From the NCBI RefSeq assembly GCF_001194135.2, contig NC_068989.1, positions 27,540,024 to 27,604,023 of the forward strand: 64,000 nt of DNA, in the 5' to 3' direction. This DNA is from Octopus bimaculoides (Eukaryota). Made by a program: the position numbers and the translations under genes. Positions within the stretch are counted from its first letter, which is position 1. Each line of letters begins with the position of its first letter. Of this stretch, positions 53,112 to 64,000 are shown in pieces. The notes below the pieces were generated by a model, which did no database searches, was not told the origin of the DNA, and saw only the letters and a program-made list of their open reading frames with translations.

Positions 53112-53155
53112 AAGCTACTTACCACACAGCCACTCATGCAACTATAAATAAATAA

Positions 53156-53186
<31 letters not shown>

Positions 53187-54296
53187 CGTGTGTGTGTGTG
53201 TACATANNNNNNNNNNNNNNNNNNNNNNNNNNNNNNNNNNNNNNNNNNNNNNNNNNNNNNNNNNNNNNNNNNNNNNNNNNNNNNNNNNNNNNNNNNNNNN
53301 NNNNNNNNNNNNNNNNNNNNNNNNNNNNNNNNNNNNNNNNNNNNNNNNNNNNNNNNNNNNNNNNNNNNNNNNNNNNNNNNNNATATATATATGAATGTGT
53401 ATATATATATATATATATATGTGTGCATATATATATGCATATAGATATATATATGTATAAATCTGTATATATAAAAGGCAGGTTGTGTGTGTGTGTACGT
53501 GAATGTAATTAATGCACGTCCACAAATTAGCACGCATGTCGCTCCAATTTTAGGAGGACATTCGTCATGGCCCAATCTGCATTTTCGTCAACATTTTCTG
53601 TAAAAATCGATTTTCAAACGTAACTTTTACCAATTTTGAGGTTTGCTAACATGGCAAAGTGAAAGTGTGCATATGAGCGAGAAAGAGAAAGAGAAATTGT
53701 GTGTTGATGTATGTGGGTGTGTCTGAGAGTGGGAGTGGGGGAGAAATAGAGACAGTTTGCCAGCGTCTAACAAAAAGAAAGTAAAGAAAAAGTGGGAGAG
53801 GGAGACAGAAAGCATCTAACGAAAGAAAAGGTAGGTAAGGAAGACAGAGTAAGTGTCAGCGTAAAATGCTTTTTTCTTCTTAAACATGACATATAGTTTC
53901 AAATATAAGATGTTTTTGAAAGACACTATATTTCATAATGAGATTATTTATACTTTCTCACACAACAATTAAAATATATTTATTTTAAATCATTCATTTA
54001 TTTTTAATTGCTCATCTTTCTCCCTCTCTCAGTCACACACACACACACACACATAATACTACTTTGGGAGCGAAAGAGTTTTGTTTATATTTCACGCCGA
54101 AGAAAAAAAGTTTATTGACAATCCATTTATTTAACAGCAATGAAACAAAGAGGTATGTAACAATTTGTCAGTGAATTACACAATATAAATAGGTAAAATT
54201 TCCGAGGCTTCCACCAAACCCCAACCCGTTTTTCGGACCACTAAAAAGGGTCTAGTAATGTTTCAGATAAACACCCACACGATTTCCACTAGAGTG

Positions 54297-54420
54297 TTAG
54301 GGTTAGGGTTTTATGGTTAGGATTAGGGTTAGGGTTAGGATTAGGGTTAGTGTTAGGGTTTAGGCTTAGGGTTAGTGTTAGCGTTAGGGTTAGGGTTAGG
54401 GTTTATGCTTAGGGTTAGAG
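54297..54420 (+). repeat. Degenerate interstitial telomere-like tract, about 20 hexamers
   Basis: 11 perfect TTAGGG plus variants TTAGGA, TTAGTG, TTAGGC, TTAGCG, TTATGG, TTATGC, TTAGAG. Confidence 0.95.
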
Positions 54421-54689
54421 TTAACCTACAAGGGACAGACCCCTTATTTTTTGGTTAAGGCTGTTGGTAAGTTTTCCTAAGTTACTCCAATCCAGATCTC
54501 AATGCAAACCTTCAGATCAACCTTCTCCTGTGCAGATCTCTAATACAACTTTAAAAAAAACAGTCAATGAGTGGAAATAACCAATACGCTGGTTCCTTAT
54601 GGGATTTCCCAATCAAATTGCCAGCANNNNNNNNNNATATATGTATATGTATGTATGTATGTATGTATACGTACATATATATATATAGT

Positions 54690-54938
54690 AGACTCCCTTT
54701 GGTCATGACTGACCATGGGATTGCACCTAGAAATGTACCCTCCCAGGCACAAGTCCGGGCATGGTTGTTCATAGAATACCAGCAGTCGCCCATGCATACC
54801 GGCCTCTCCACTCCACGCCCTTTTTTTCTCCAAGGGAAAGACAAAGGCCGATACAGCTTGGCACCTGTGACGTCACAACTCAGTTCTACGGCTGAGTGAA
54901 CTGGAGCAACGAGAAATAAAGTGTCTTGCTCAAGAACA
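54690..54938 (-). mobile_element. SINE-like fragment, family D, abutted by a family B SINE
   Basis: ggtcatgactgaccatgggattgcacctag...gtgaactggagcaac..gaaataaagtgtcttgctcaagaac. The minus reading ttcttgagcaagacacttta is CORE-like, and the sequence stops exactly where the family B head starts. Confidence 0.65.
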
Positions 54939-55335
54939 GGCGCAGGAGTGGCTGTGTGTGGTAAGTAGGTTGCTTACCAACCACATGGTTCCGAGTTCAG
55001 TCCCACTGCGGGGCACCTTCGGCACTTGTCTTCTACTATAGCCTCGGGCCGACCAAAGCCTTGTGAGTGGATTTGGTTGACGGAAACTGAAAGAAGCTTG
55101 TCATGTATATATATGTATGTGTGTGTATATGTTTGTGTCTGTGCTTGTCCCTCCAACATCGATTGACAACCGATGCAGGTGTGTTTACGTCCCTGTAACT
55201 TAGCGGTTTGCAAAAAGAAACCAATAAAATAAGTACTAGGCTTACAAAGAATAAGTCCTGGGGTCGATTTGCTCGACTAAAGGCGGTGCTCCAGCATGGC
55301 CGCAGTTAAATGACTGAAACAAGTAAAAGAATAAA
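54939..55335 (+). mobile_element. SINE family B (CORE-like), full length
   Basis: Head ggcgcaggagtggctgtgtgtggtaag, B-box gagttcagtccc, ggcaccttcggcacttgtcttc core-like block, tail cagcatggccgcagttaaatgactgaaacaagtaaaagaataaa. Confidence 0.93.
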
Positions 55336-55955
55336 GGAATAAAGGAATATATATATGCATTAACAGAAAGGAAAATATAATCATAGATTTATAAATATCT
55401 GCACAATATTTCAGTATGTGTATATTTGTATATGTGTATATATCTGTACGTATGTATGTAATATAAGTATATACTCATATATATGTATGTAAGTGGATAT
55501 AAAGACATAAATAACTGTATACATATATATATATATGCACATACATTCATACATGCATACATACATAGATACATACATACATACATACATACATACATAC
55601 ATACATACTTACATACGTACGTACGTACGTATGTACGTACGGACATAAATGCATATAGACATATACATTTCACTATATACATAATTTACTGAAAGATGAA
55701 AATAAAAATAGGTTCGGAGGGTAAGAAACAAACTCATATCTATAGCATGATAACATTTTACTGCTGACTTTGCCTGTAGAAACTTTAAGTAATAGAGAGA
55801 ATGTTTTATGTGCGAGATTACAACTCTGTTCTTATCTTGAATTCTTCAGGAGCTGGATCGATTCATTCGAAGTCAATTGAGTCATTGCTGAAATCGTTTT
55901 CTTTTTATTATTTAGCAGTCTGAAGGCTTAAACACACAGATGCATACACAGGCGC

Positions 55956-55995
<40 letters not shown>

Positions 55996-56086
55996 NNNNN
56001 NNNNNNNNNNNNNNNNNNNNNNNNNNNNNNNNNNNNNNNNNNNNNNNNNNNNNNNNNNNNNNNNNNNNNNNNNNNNNNNNNNNNNN

Positions 56087-56126
<40 letters not shown>

Positions 56127-56349
56127 GCATACATACAAGCACACACATATCTAAAACATGTGATGACAGCACTAAGTTGTGGTGTGTATAAATACAAACA
56201 TGTTAGCAGTTCAAATACGCTTGTAGCATATTCAAACCCGTAAAAAGGACATTTACTGTTTTATCATGGAAGAAATTTCTCGCTGTAGACAGATACAATA
56301 CTCCGAGGCTACCGACAACTCACCTAGCTAGAGTATGGTAGGCATGCAT

Positions 56350-57499
56350 ATCTTTGACAACTTTGATATGTTTCGGCCAGTATAGGCCCAGGCCACACCT
56401 GGTGAAGTCTTTTAGTCATACATGGGGCACCATAGCCCACTCTAACACAGAGTTATTATTGTTGAAGGCATATCCTGGTGTAGGAGGTTGGTCCGGAATT
56501 TTTTGAAGAAATGTGTCCAGTAAACATTTGAATTTCATGGGATCCCTTTCTGTTTTCACGTATTTTGGTATGGTATTAAAGAGAGCTGGACCGATTGAGG
56601 TAAAGTAACTGTGACGTAATGTTGCTATGTGTACTGAGTTTGATTTTTTTGTAGTGGGCGGATAGCACGGGGGCCAAGTCTTGGATGGATTTAAAAATTG
56701 ATACCAGCATCATTTGTGCAATATTACTGGAATATTTGCCACATAACACAAATGACGTAGCGCTCCAGGTGGCGTTGGAGAGAGTAGAGGTTGAGTTGTT
56801 TTAGTCGACCCCAATAATCAATGCCTCTCATGCCGTCTATCTTTCTTGTTAGGAACCTCTGGAGTGCTTCTACTTTCATAATGAGTTGTTTCTTAGGTGG
56901 GGGGCACAGTAGGCAACTGTACTCAAGATGGGGTCGGGCAAAAGTAGAGTAGAGAAGGATGATGGTGTAGGCATCTCTAGACCAGAAAGTTCTCAGGATC
57001 ATGGAGCACATCTTGCGGGCCAAGTCAACCTTGCTGTTTACGAGGGTATTCCAGCTTAGATTGTTATCAACAATCACTCCTAGATCTCTGGTATTGTTGG
57101 ATGACACTAGGAAGTCGCATGATGGAAGAACATATGGTAATTTCAGAGTTTCCTCCTTCCCAAAGTGGATCAAATCAAACTTATCTTCATTTAAAAGCAT
57201 ATTGTTTATTTCTGACCATTGGACAATAGCAAGCAGATCTGACTGAAGGCATGTTCAGTCTCTCATGCCGTTTATATCCTTTTGGAATTTGGAATCATCT
57301 ATTATGTCGTTGATTTAAATAATGAAGAGGTGTTGGGCCCAACACAGCACCTTGTGGAACACCACTACTGAGTTTCGCTGGGATGGATCGTATTCCCTGA
57401 AACACAACATGTTGGGTTCTATTCGTGAGGAAATGCTTTATTCACTGCTTTCCATGGACTGCAATGCTGGACAGTTTCTTTAGCAGGAATTTGGGGTCC
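56350..57499 (-). mobile_element. 5'-truncated CR1/L2-type LINE, RT C-terminal half and 3' end
   Basis: Minus: LLKKLS..FLTNRTQHV...SGVPQGAVLGP, then residual ORF 57200-56724 (LNEDKF...RDLGVIVDNNLSW...RPHLEYSC...LQRFLTR.I...YWGRLKQLNLYSLQR..ERY), then LFNTIP...LDTFLQKIPDQPPTPGY. Confidence 0.93.
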
Positions 57500-57520
57500 G
57501 AGTGATTTTCTCCACTTTAG

Positions 57521-57559
57521 CCACAGACACTAGAAAGGGAAGCGGCGTGAACAAACTCG
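57521..57559 (+). CDS. Candidate 39-nt coding exon, phase 1-1 ([14 protein letters not shown])
   Basis: Acceptor ttttctccactttag, donor CG|gtatgt; only one frame is open. Lies about 20 bp from the LINE edge, so it could be chance. Confidence 0.35.
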
Positions 57560-57774
57560 GTATGTGGGCATTTATCTTATTACAACGAGAAATTACGTGT
57601 TCGTCTATGCCTCAAACGTATTTTAACTGGTAACAAATTCCTATTCATATATACACGTACTCAATATGTGGGTATATACATATGTGCACATATATACATG
57701 TATAAAAATGTATATACATACAGAGAGACCCAAATATACATATATACGGGGGTCTATGTACTTACGTATGTATG

Positions 57775-57859
<85 letters not shown>

Positions 57860-57922
57860 TTAAACGCATACACATCGACACATACACACCACACACATGA
57901 ATGTGAGAAAGAAAAAGGTAGA

Positions 57923-57954
<32 letters not shown>

Positions 57955-58368
57955 ATGGTAATATACTATCTTTATCAAGTACTTAAAAACAAATAACTAT
58001 ACATTATAAGTTCCAATATCACTACAAGTATACATGTAACATTCTATAGAGAGAAAGCAAGTGATGGTAATATTTCACATTACACGCAGACATAGGTTAT
58101 ATGTAGAAGGAGCTTCGCTGCTTCTGTCCAACTATACATATGTACAAGCATACTCTAGGGTGACCCTGTTCACTTATTCCATCCAATCTTGAAGTTCTAA
58201 AAGTAATATATAATTATACATAATTTAAAATATCGTAATTTCACACACACACACACATACATATATGTAGAGAGAGAGATATACGCATATATATATTTAT
58301 GCATGTATGTATGTATATATGCAAATAGGTCTATATATATGCGTATGTATATAAATAGTTAGATAGAT

Positions 58369-58408
<40 letters not shown>

Positions 58409-58973
58409 GAGAATATGTGTGTTTGTTTGTATGTGTGTGTTTAGTAATATTATTTTCTTTTTGATACGTATCATGTTTTAATTTTGTACTTACAAAGGGT
58501 AATCTATTCATATTAACCAGTAATGTAACAGCAATTGCTTCTCTGCATTCACAGACATACTTATACTTAGTACTAACGGAAAGCCTGACATTTGTAGTAT
58601 CAAAGTTCTAGTTATGTGTTGCTCCAGTAGTATAAAATATTTTCAAACATAATTTGCCTCTTGATCAAGTTCTGTGAAATGTCAAAATAAATTAAATGTT
58701 TCCCCATATAAATTAAGTATAATATAAAGCAGAACATGTTGAAAAATATAAACACTGTGCTCTCTATAGTACTCTGATAACATGCGTGGCTTGTTCACTG
58801 GCAGATATAGCGTTATTTTGTTTTATTTTTTATTTTTTCGGTGTAAATGATAAATACTAAGCACAGTTTTCAATTCTGTCTGAGAGACTTAACTAAAAGT
58901 ATATAGATTTCCAGTGTTAAGTGATAAATGTGAAACTTACTCATTCAGCAATTTTGTGAGAAAGTAAGAAGTG

Positions 58974-59030
<57 letters not shown>

Positions 59031-59106
59031 GTTCAGTAGTTTTATTTTTATAACGTGCTTTCACTTCACTACCGAGCGCAGCTCTGTGCGCCTTGGGTAT
59101 GTTATA

Positions 59107-59174
<68 letters not shown>

Positions 59175-59185
59175 TGTTGTTGTTG

Positions 59186-59238
<53 letters not shown>

Positions 59239-59455
59239 ATTATTTGAATCGATCTGAGGTTGCCATTAACATTAATCTTTCAGATGTTTACATAATATGC
59301 TAGCGTTGATACCCGAAAATATGACCGTGTTTTAGGAATCATTGCAAATTCATTACATATGAATATCGTAGAATAGCATAGATTTTTAGCCAGACGTCTT
59401 CGTGACAACACATTTATACACAAATGGAATTACTTTCCTTTTCTCCGCATTGCAG

Positions 59456-59512
59456 AAACCATTGGAAACGGAATATACCTCAGAATATCCAGCAAAGCAA
59501 TTTTGTTTGCCG
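59456..59512 (+). CDS. Candidate 57-nt coding exon (phase 1-1 reading ETIGNGIYLRISSKAILFA)
   Basis: Strong acceptor actttccttttctccgcattgcag and donor CG|gtaagt; length is a multiple of 3; all three frames are open. Confidence 0.55.
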
Positions 59513-60662
59513 GTAAGTTTAATTTTTATTGTTTTTGTTCTAACTAATCAAAGTATAATGTGTTTTTTCTTTCTATGTGTGACACGTCTATGGAGAAAAT
59601 CCAATCATCTGCATGTGGTGATTCTGGTTTTTCTAAGTTGCGACAATTCCAGTATATTATTAGTATGAATCGATGTAATATTTACAATTTTATATGGAGA
59701 CTGTAGGAGTAGCACAAATGATTAGTTAAATTGTTCATGCCTCGTATAAATTGTTTTCCTAAATTTATTTAGTCTCTTTATCTTATGAACTCAAATCGTA
59801 AGCAGTTCACTTTGCCTCTCACTCTTTCATGGGTCTAGAGAATAATTGCCACCGAACATTTTCTTGACCCCTAATAATAAGGAAGAAAGACTGCACAAGG
59901 TTTTCGCCGTATCTTCTAGACATGCAATTTTGAAGCCATCGATATTACACTGGAATCTTTGTAATTCAGAATCTGCAAAACAAATATGAGCCAAAAGTTC
60001 TGGATAAGAACATGATGTTTGCACACAACAGCGATGGCATGGAATAATATGTGAAGATTTTGAATGAGCCTACCCACTTCCGTGGAGCAGAGCCATTATA
60101 AAAGTTGTAGAGGAAAGAAGCATTACACAAGAGAGTCAATGACTGGAGAAACTCTGAGTAACTTCCAGCGCTCTTATGCTGGATGCGGTCTAAAATGACT
60201 TCATGTGACCTTTTTTGTGGATTTTGACTCGGCTTTGCAGAGCATCAATAATTGAGAACAGCTGAAATATCATATGGCTCTAAAGCGAAGGGTCGGTTGT
60301 TTGGATGCAGTTCTCTATAGAATCTATATTCACTGATATAAATCCTCCGAAATACTGAGGCAAACAGCAAGATTTGTAAAACCAAATTTTTAACGTTCTG
60401 CGTTTTCTATTTGTTACTTTCTCAGCTTTTTCGCGTTTCTTCTTGTATTCATTTATTTTTTAGTTCGTCATGATATGGGGTTTGTGTTAGATGAATATGT
60501 TTGAGATATTTCTCAACATATAAAGATTTTAGTATCACTTAAAGACATATATTGTGTCCTTTAAATAATTAATATTTATCTCACACCAGATGGAGTACTT
60601 TTTTCGTTCATCTTTCTATCACGAAAAAGTACAATATATATATATATATATGCGTGTGTGTT

Positions 60663-60727
<65 letters not shown>

Positions 60728-60823
60728 NNNNNNNNNNNNNNNNNNNNNNNNNNNNNNNNNNNNNNNNNNNNNNNNNNNNNNNNNNNNNNNNNNNNNNNNN
60801 NNATCATTTATGCATTGTCTTAT

Positions 60824-60926
<103 letters not shown>

Positions 60927-61094
60927 CAGCGTAATCCGTAGGCAGGAGAGGTGCAACCGGAGAGTGCAAAATTCAGAATAAAATGTCCAGAATAAATAGT
61001 CCAGAAGGAAAAAGGGTAGAGAGACCAGAAGTTCGTGTGTGATGAACAGAGACAGGATTAGCTGGTGCAACCACGTGAGCGTGTGCTATGTATG

Positions 61095-61300
61095 GGAGAA
61101 TTCACGAAAAACAACAGACGAAGACAGGTGGTGTATTTCTCTATTCCAGAGCGCTGTACTAATACATCCATTTGTTCTTTACACCACCTGTTTTCCTCTG
61201 TTGCTTTTTCGTGAATTCTCCTATATATATATGTAAGGAGAATTCACGAAAAAAAAAACCAAAAGACGATGACAGGTGGTGTAGAAAACAAACAGATATA
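61095..61300. repeat. Three alternating-orientation fragments of one repeat end; the first two form an imperfect 41-bp hairpin
   Basis: ggagaattcacgaaaaacaacagacgaagacaggtggtgta (61095-61135), inverted at 61180-61221, direct again from 61237. Confidence 0.9.
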
Positions 61301-62663
61301 TACTTACATATATATTATATATATATATGTACATATATATGTATATATAGAAGTTTGACTTACTGAAGAAAATGGTACAGGCATGGAGAGGGGACCAAAA
61401 AGAAGCAATAATGGTGTCCAGATGAGTGTCTAAAACGTTAGAATAATTTACTCGAACATGACCGCAGATCATTGAATAAGCAAGTTAGAAAATGTTTTGA
61501 CAATATATAAAATTTATAAGTATGTCTAAAAATTATCGTTGCTAAATATTTAGGGTTTGTACGATTTACTAATTTTGTAATAATGATTATGATGGAAGTG
61601 TATGTATCTAATTTCCAATGGCTGTAGATAACCTGTATTAATATCTCTTAAAGTACGAATATGTGGTTGTTTCATTCTTTGCTGTTGTCAAAATCTCTAT
61701 GTTAAGCACACCATCATTTACAACAGCCTTTAATCAATATTCTACTTACATTTGAAAACAATGCCTTTGCATCCTAACGGTCCGAAATCGTGTTATGGCT
61801 GCTGCTTCTCCAATTATTCATATACTGACACTAACCCTCTACCAATACAGAGTATTTCCTCCTCCTCGTCGTCGTGATCTGTACGCATTTTCTTTCAGAT
61901 TTTCCTACTTGTCAGTTTGTCTCCCAGAATTAATTATGAACCCCTACACCATAAATTTTCTTCAAAATTACTGCTTCCTTGAAAATGAAAACATTCAAAC
62001 ATGTTTCTTATATCTATTTCAAATTAATTCTCGGCACTACTTCCTTTTATTCATATAAACCAGTGACTCCCAGGTTTTTTCGGACTGCCGTTGCTTTGTC
62101 CCTAAGCCCAAATCCCTAGCATTTCCCCCTCACACACACACAACCCCCCCACACACACACACACACACACCACCACAAACATAGTCCTAATTCTACTGCG
62201 AATTCAAAACAACTGTATTTCACAAATGAAACTTAACCTAATTCACGCGTTGTTTTGTTGTTTTTAAATTATGAAAGATTAAATTTGCATCTGACCTATA
62301 CGAAGTTTTCATAATTTTAATTCGATGGGTGTACGCTGCCGGGATATGAGCTATTTGACACGTGACTAAGAGGTACTAAGATGTAGTGTTAAATAACAGT
62401 GCTCAATAATTTTCATTGGGTTTCGTTCCTCAGAAAGAAGCTGGCCAACTGTTCTGTAGATAATGATTTTCAAAGTAAACAAGTTCTTTCCTCCACTATT
62501 GTTGTCTCCTTATTGTCGATATCTAGGAATTACATAGACTGGTATTTTAATCAAAGATAAATATGCTGACATCTGTCACACACGTCTTTATGTAGCTCAT
62601 CAATGTGTAAATAATACACTTGCATGTCATGTACTGGTATGCACTTTTCCTTTTCCAATTTAG

Positions 62664-62697
62664 AGTGGCTGAAAAACCAGAAGAACTTAATGGCAGC
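62664..62697 (+). CDS. Candidate 34-nt coding exon (phase 1-2 reading EWLKNQKNLMAA)
   Basis: Acceptor cacttttccttttccaatttag, donor GC|gtatgt; joins in frame to 59456-59512. Confidence 0.5.
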
Positions 62698-62774
62698 GTA
62701 TGTTACTTTTGAATAGTTGTAACTTAGACACAGACGTGGATAGAGCTTATTTTACTTTGATACGGTTTAACCAT

Positions 62775-63425
62775 TGCTTGACAACCGATGCTGGTGTGTT
62801 TATGTCCCCGTCACTTAGCGGTTCGGCAAAAGAGACCGATAGAATAAGTACTAGGCTTACAAAGAATAAATCCCGGGGTCGATTTGCTCGACTAAAGGCG
62901 GTGCTCCAGCATGGCCGCAGTCAAATGACTGAAACAAGTAAAAGAGTAAAAGAGTAATTCCGAATCCGCCTCACTGGATGTAAGTACTATCTGGAATGTA
63001 TATTAGCAATAATTATGGCGATAGAAATATTGAGACAGGTTCAAAATTTATTTCCTTTTATTTTACAATGTCGTACGTATACGTGTGTGTGTGCGTGTGT
63101 CTGTTTGTCTGTCTGTCTGTCTGTCTCTCTGTTTGCGTTCATACGTGTGTGTGTGTGTGTGTGTCCGCATGCATATATATAAATGTATATATACATGTAT
63201 ATATACAAATTGATACATACACACATATGCACACACAGATGTATATATTCTTTTATTCTTCCCTTTCAGTCATTTGACTGCAGCCATGCTGGAACACCAC
63301 CTTGAAGGGTCATAGTCGAAGAAATTGACCCTAGGTCTTATTCTTTATAAGCCAAATACTTATTCTATCGATCGCTTTTGCAAGCTGCTAGATTACGAGG
63401 AAGTAAACACACCAACATCGGTCAT
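62775..63425. mobile_element. Inverted pair of SINE family B 3' parts (+ 62775-62956; - 63264-63425)
   Basis: + copy ends cagcatggccgcagtcaaatgactgaaac; - copy begins ttcagtcatttgactgcagccatgctgg. Confidence 0.9.
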
Positions 63426-64000
63426 TCCAAGGTTTTATTTAAAATTTGTCATTCCAAGGATAGAGTTTGTACACAGTGTTATTGAATCGAGGGTTTTATT
63501 TAAAGAGATGAAAGAGAAAGAAATGACTGCATAAAAAGATGAAAGGGTAAAGAGTAAAGGAGTGTCAGATAGAAGGAATGGGGTTGATGGGTGATAGAGA
63601 GAGAGAGAGGTATGAGAGTGTGAAGAGTAAAGGCGCGTCAGGTATGTAGTGATAGAGCTTAAGTGAGGGGCAGAGAGGGGTAGTAAAATGGTGGAATGAA
63701 GAATTTGGGAATATAGGTTAGATTGGTTAGAGGACATGTCAGTGGTTAGTAGTAGAAGAAAATATCTATATGTATATAGATATTTATACATATCAACACC
63801 AATACATACATACGTACAACCATATATACGTGTATGTGTATGTATTATCGCCTCTGCACGCGCAGGTATATATCTTGCATACATACATACACATACACAC
63901 ATACACGCATATATGTATGCACGCATATACACACGAATATAATTAAATGGTTATGATATTCGAGTATGAAAGAGAAATTAGATAGGGAATAAGAGTTAAA

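Noticed and set aside
59830-60330. Coding-looking stretch between candidate exons
   Set aside because: Stops in all + frames, no motif recognised and no convincing splice pair; may be an old TE.
62415-62445. Minus-strand CTGAGGA-AC-GAAAC hammerhead-like core
   Set aside because: Only 2 nt lie between the core halves, so there is no stem II and no stem I pairing.

Overview
AT-rich animal DNA, saturated with microsatellites, with about 6 kb of N in 17 gaps. The repeat families and simple-repeat load resemble an octopus (coleoid cephalopod) draft assembly; this is recognition, not a search result. There is no rRNA, CRISPR, true tRNA gene or long host ORF, and nearly all ORF-track entries are microsatellite or gap artefacts. 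Recognisable content: four tRNA-derived SINE families, a near-full-length dead mariner (21.4-22.7 kb), a second mariner remnant and a Tigger/pogo remnant, two Helitron pieces, a CR1/L2-type RT fragment, the 5' end of an L1/Tx1-like LINE, Penelope-like (PLE) RT and GIY-YIG remnants, a MITE-like foldback and a degenerate (TTAGGG)n tract. Three small, phase-compatible candidate exons lie on the + strand at 57.5-62.7 kb. The most notable signal is at least five minimal type-I hammerhead ribozyme motifs plus three partial or degenerate ones between 27 and 46 kb. They belong to several sequence families, have palindromic stem III, and several sit in or between diverged inverted-repeat pairs. PLE-associated minimal hammerheads are a known class; their density, activity and inverted arrangement here are untested. 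Coordinates were read by eye and may be off by a few bases; identities were hand-counted.
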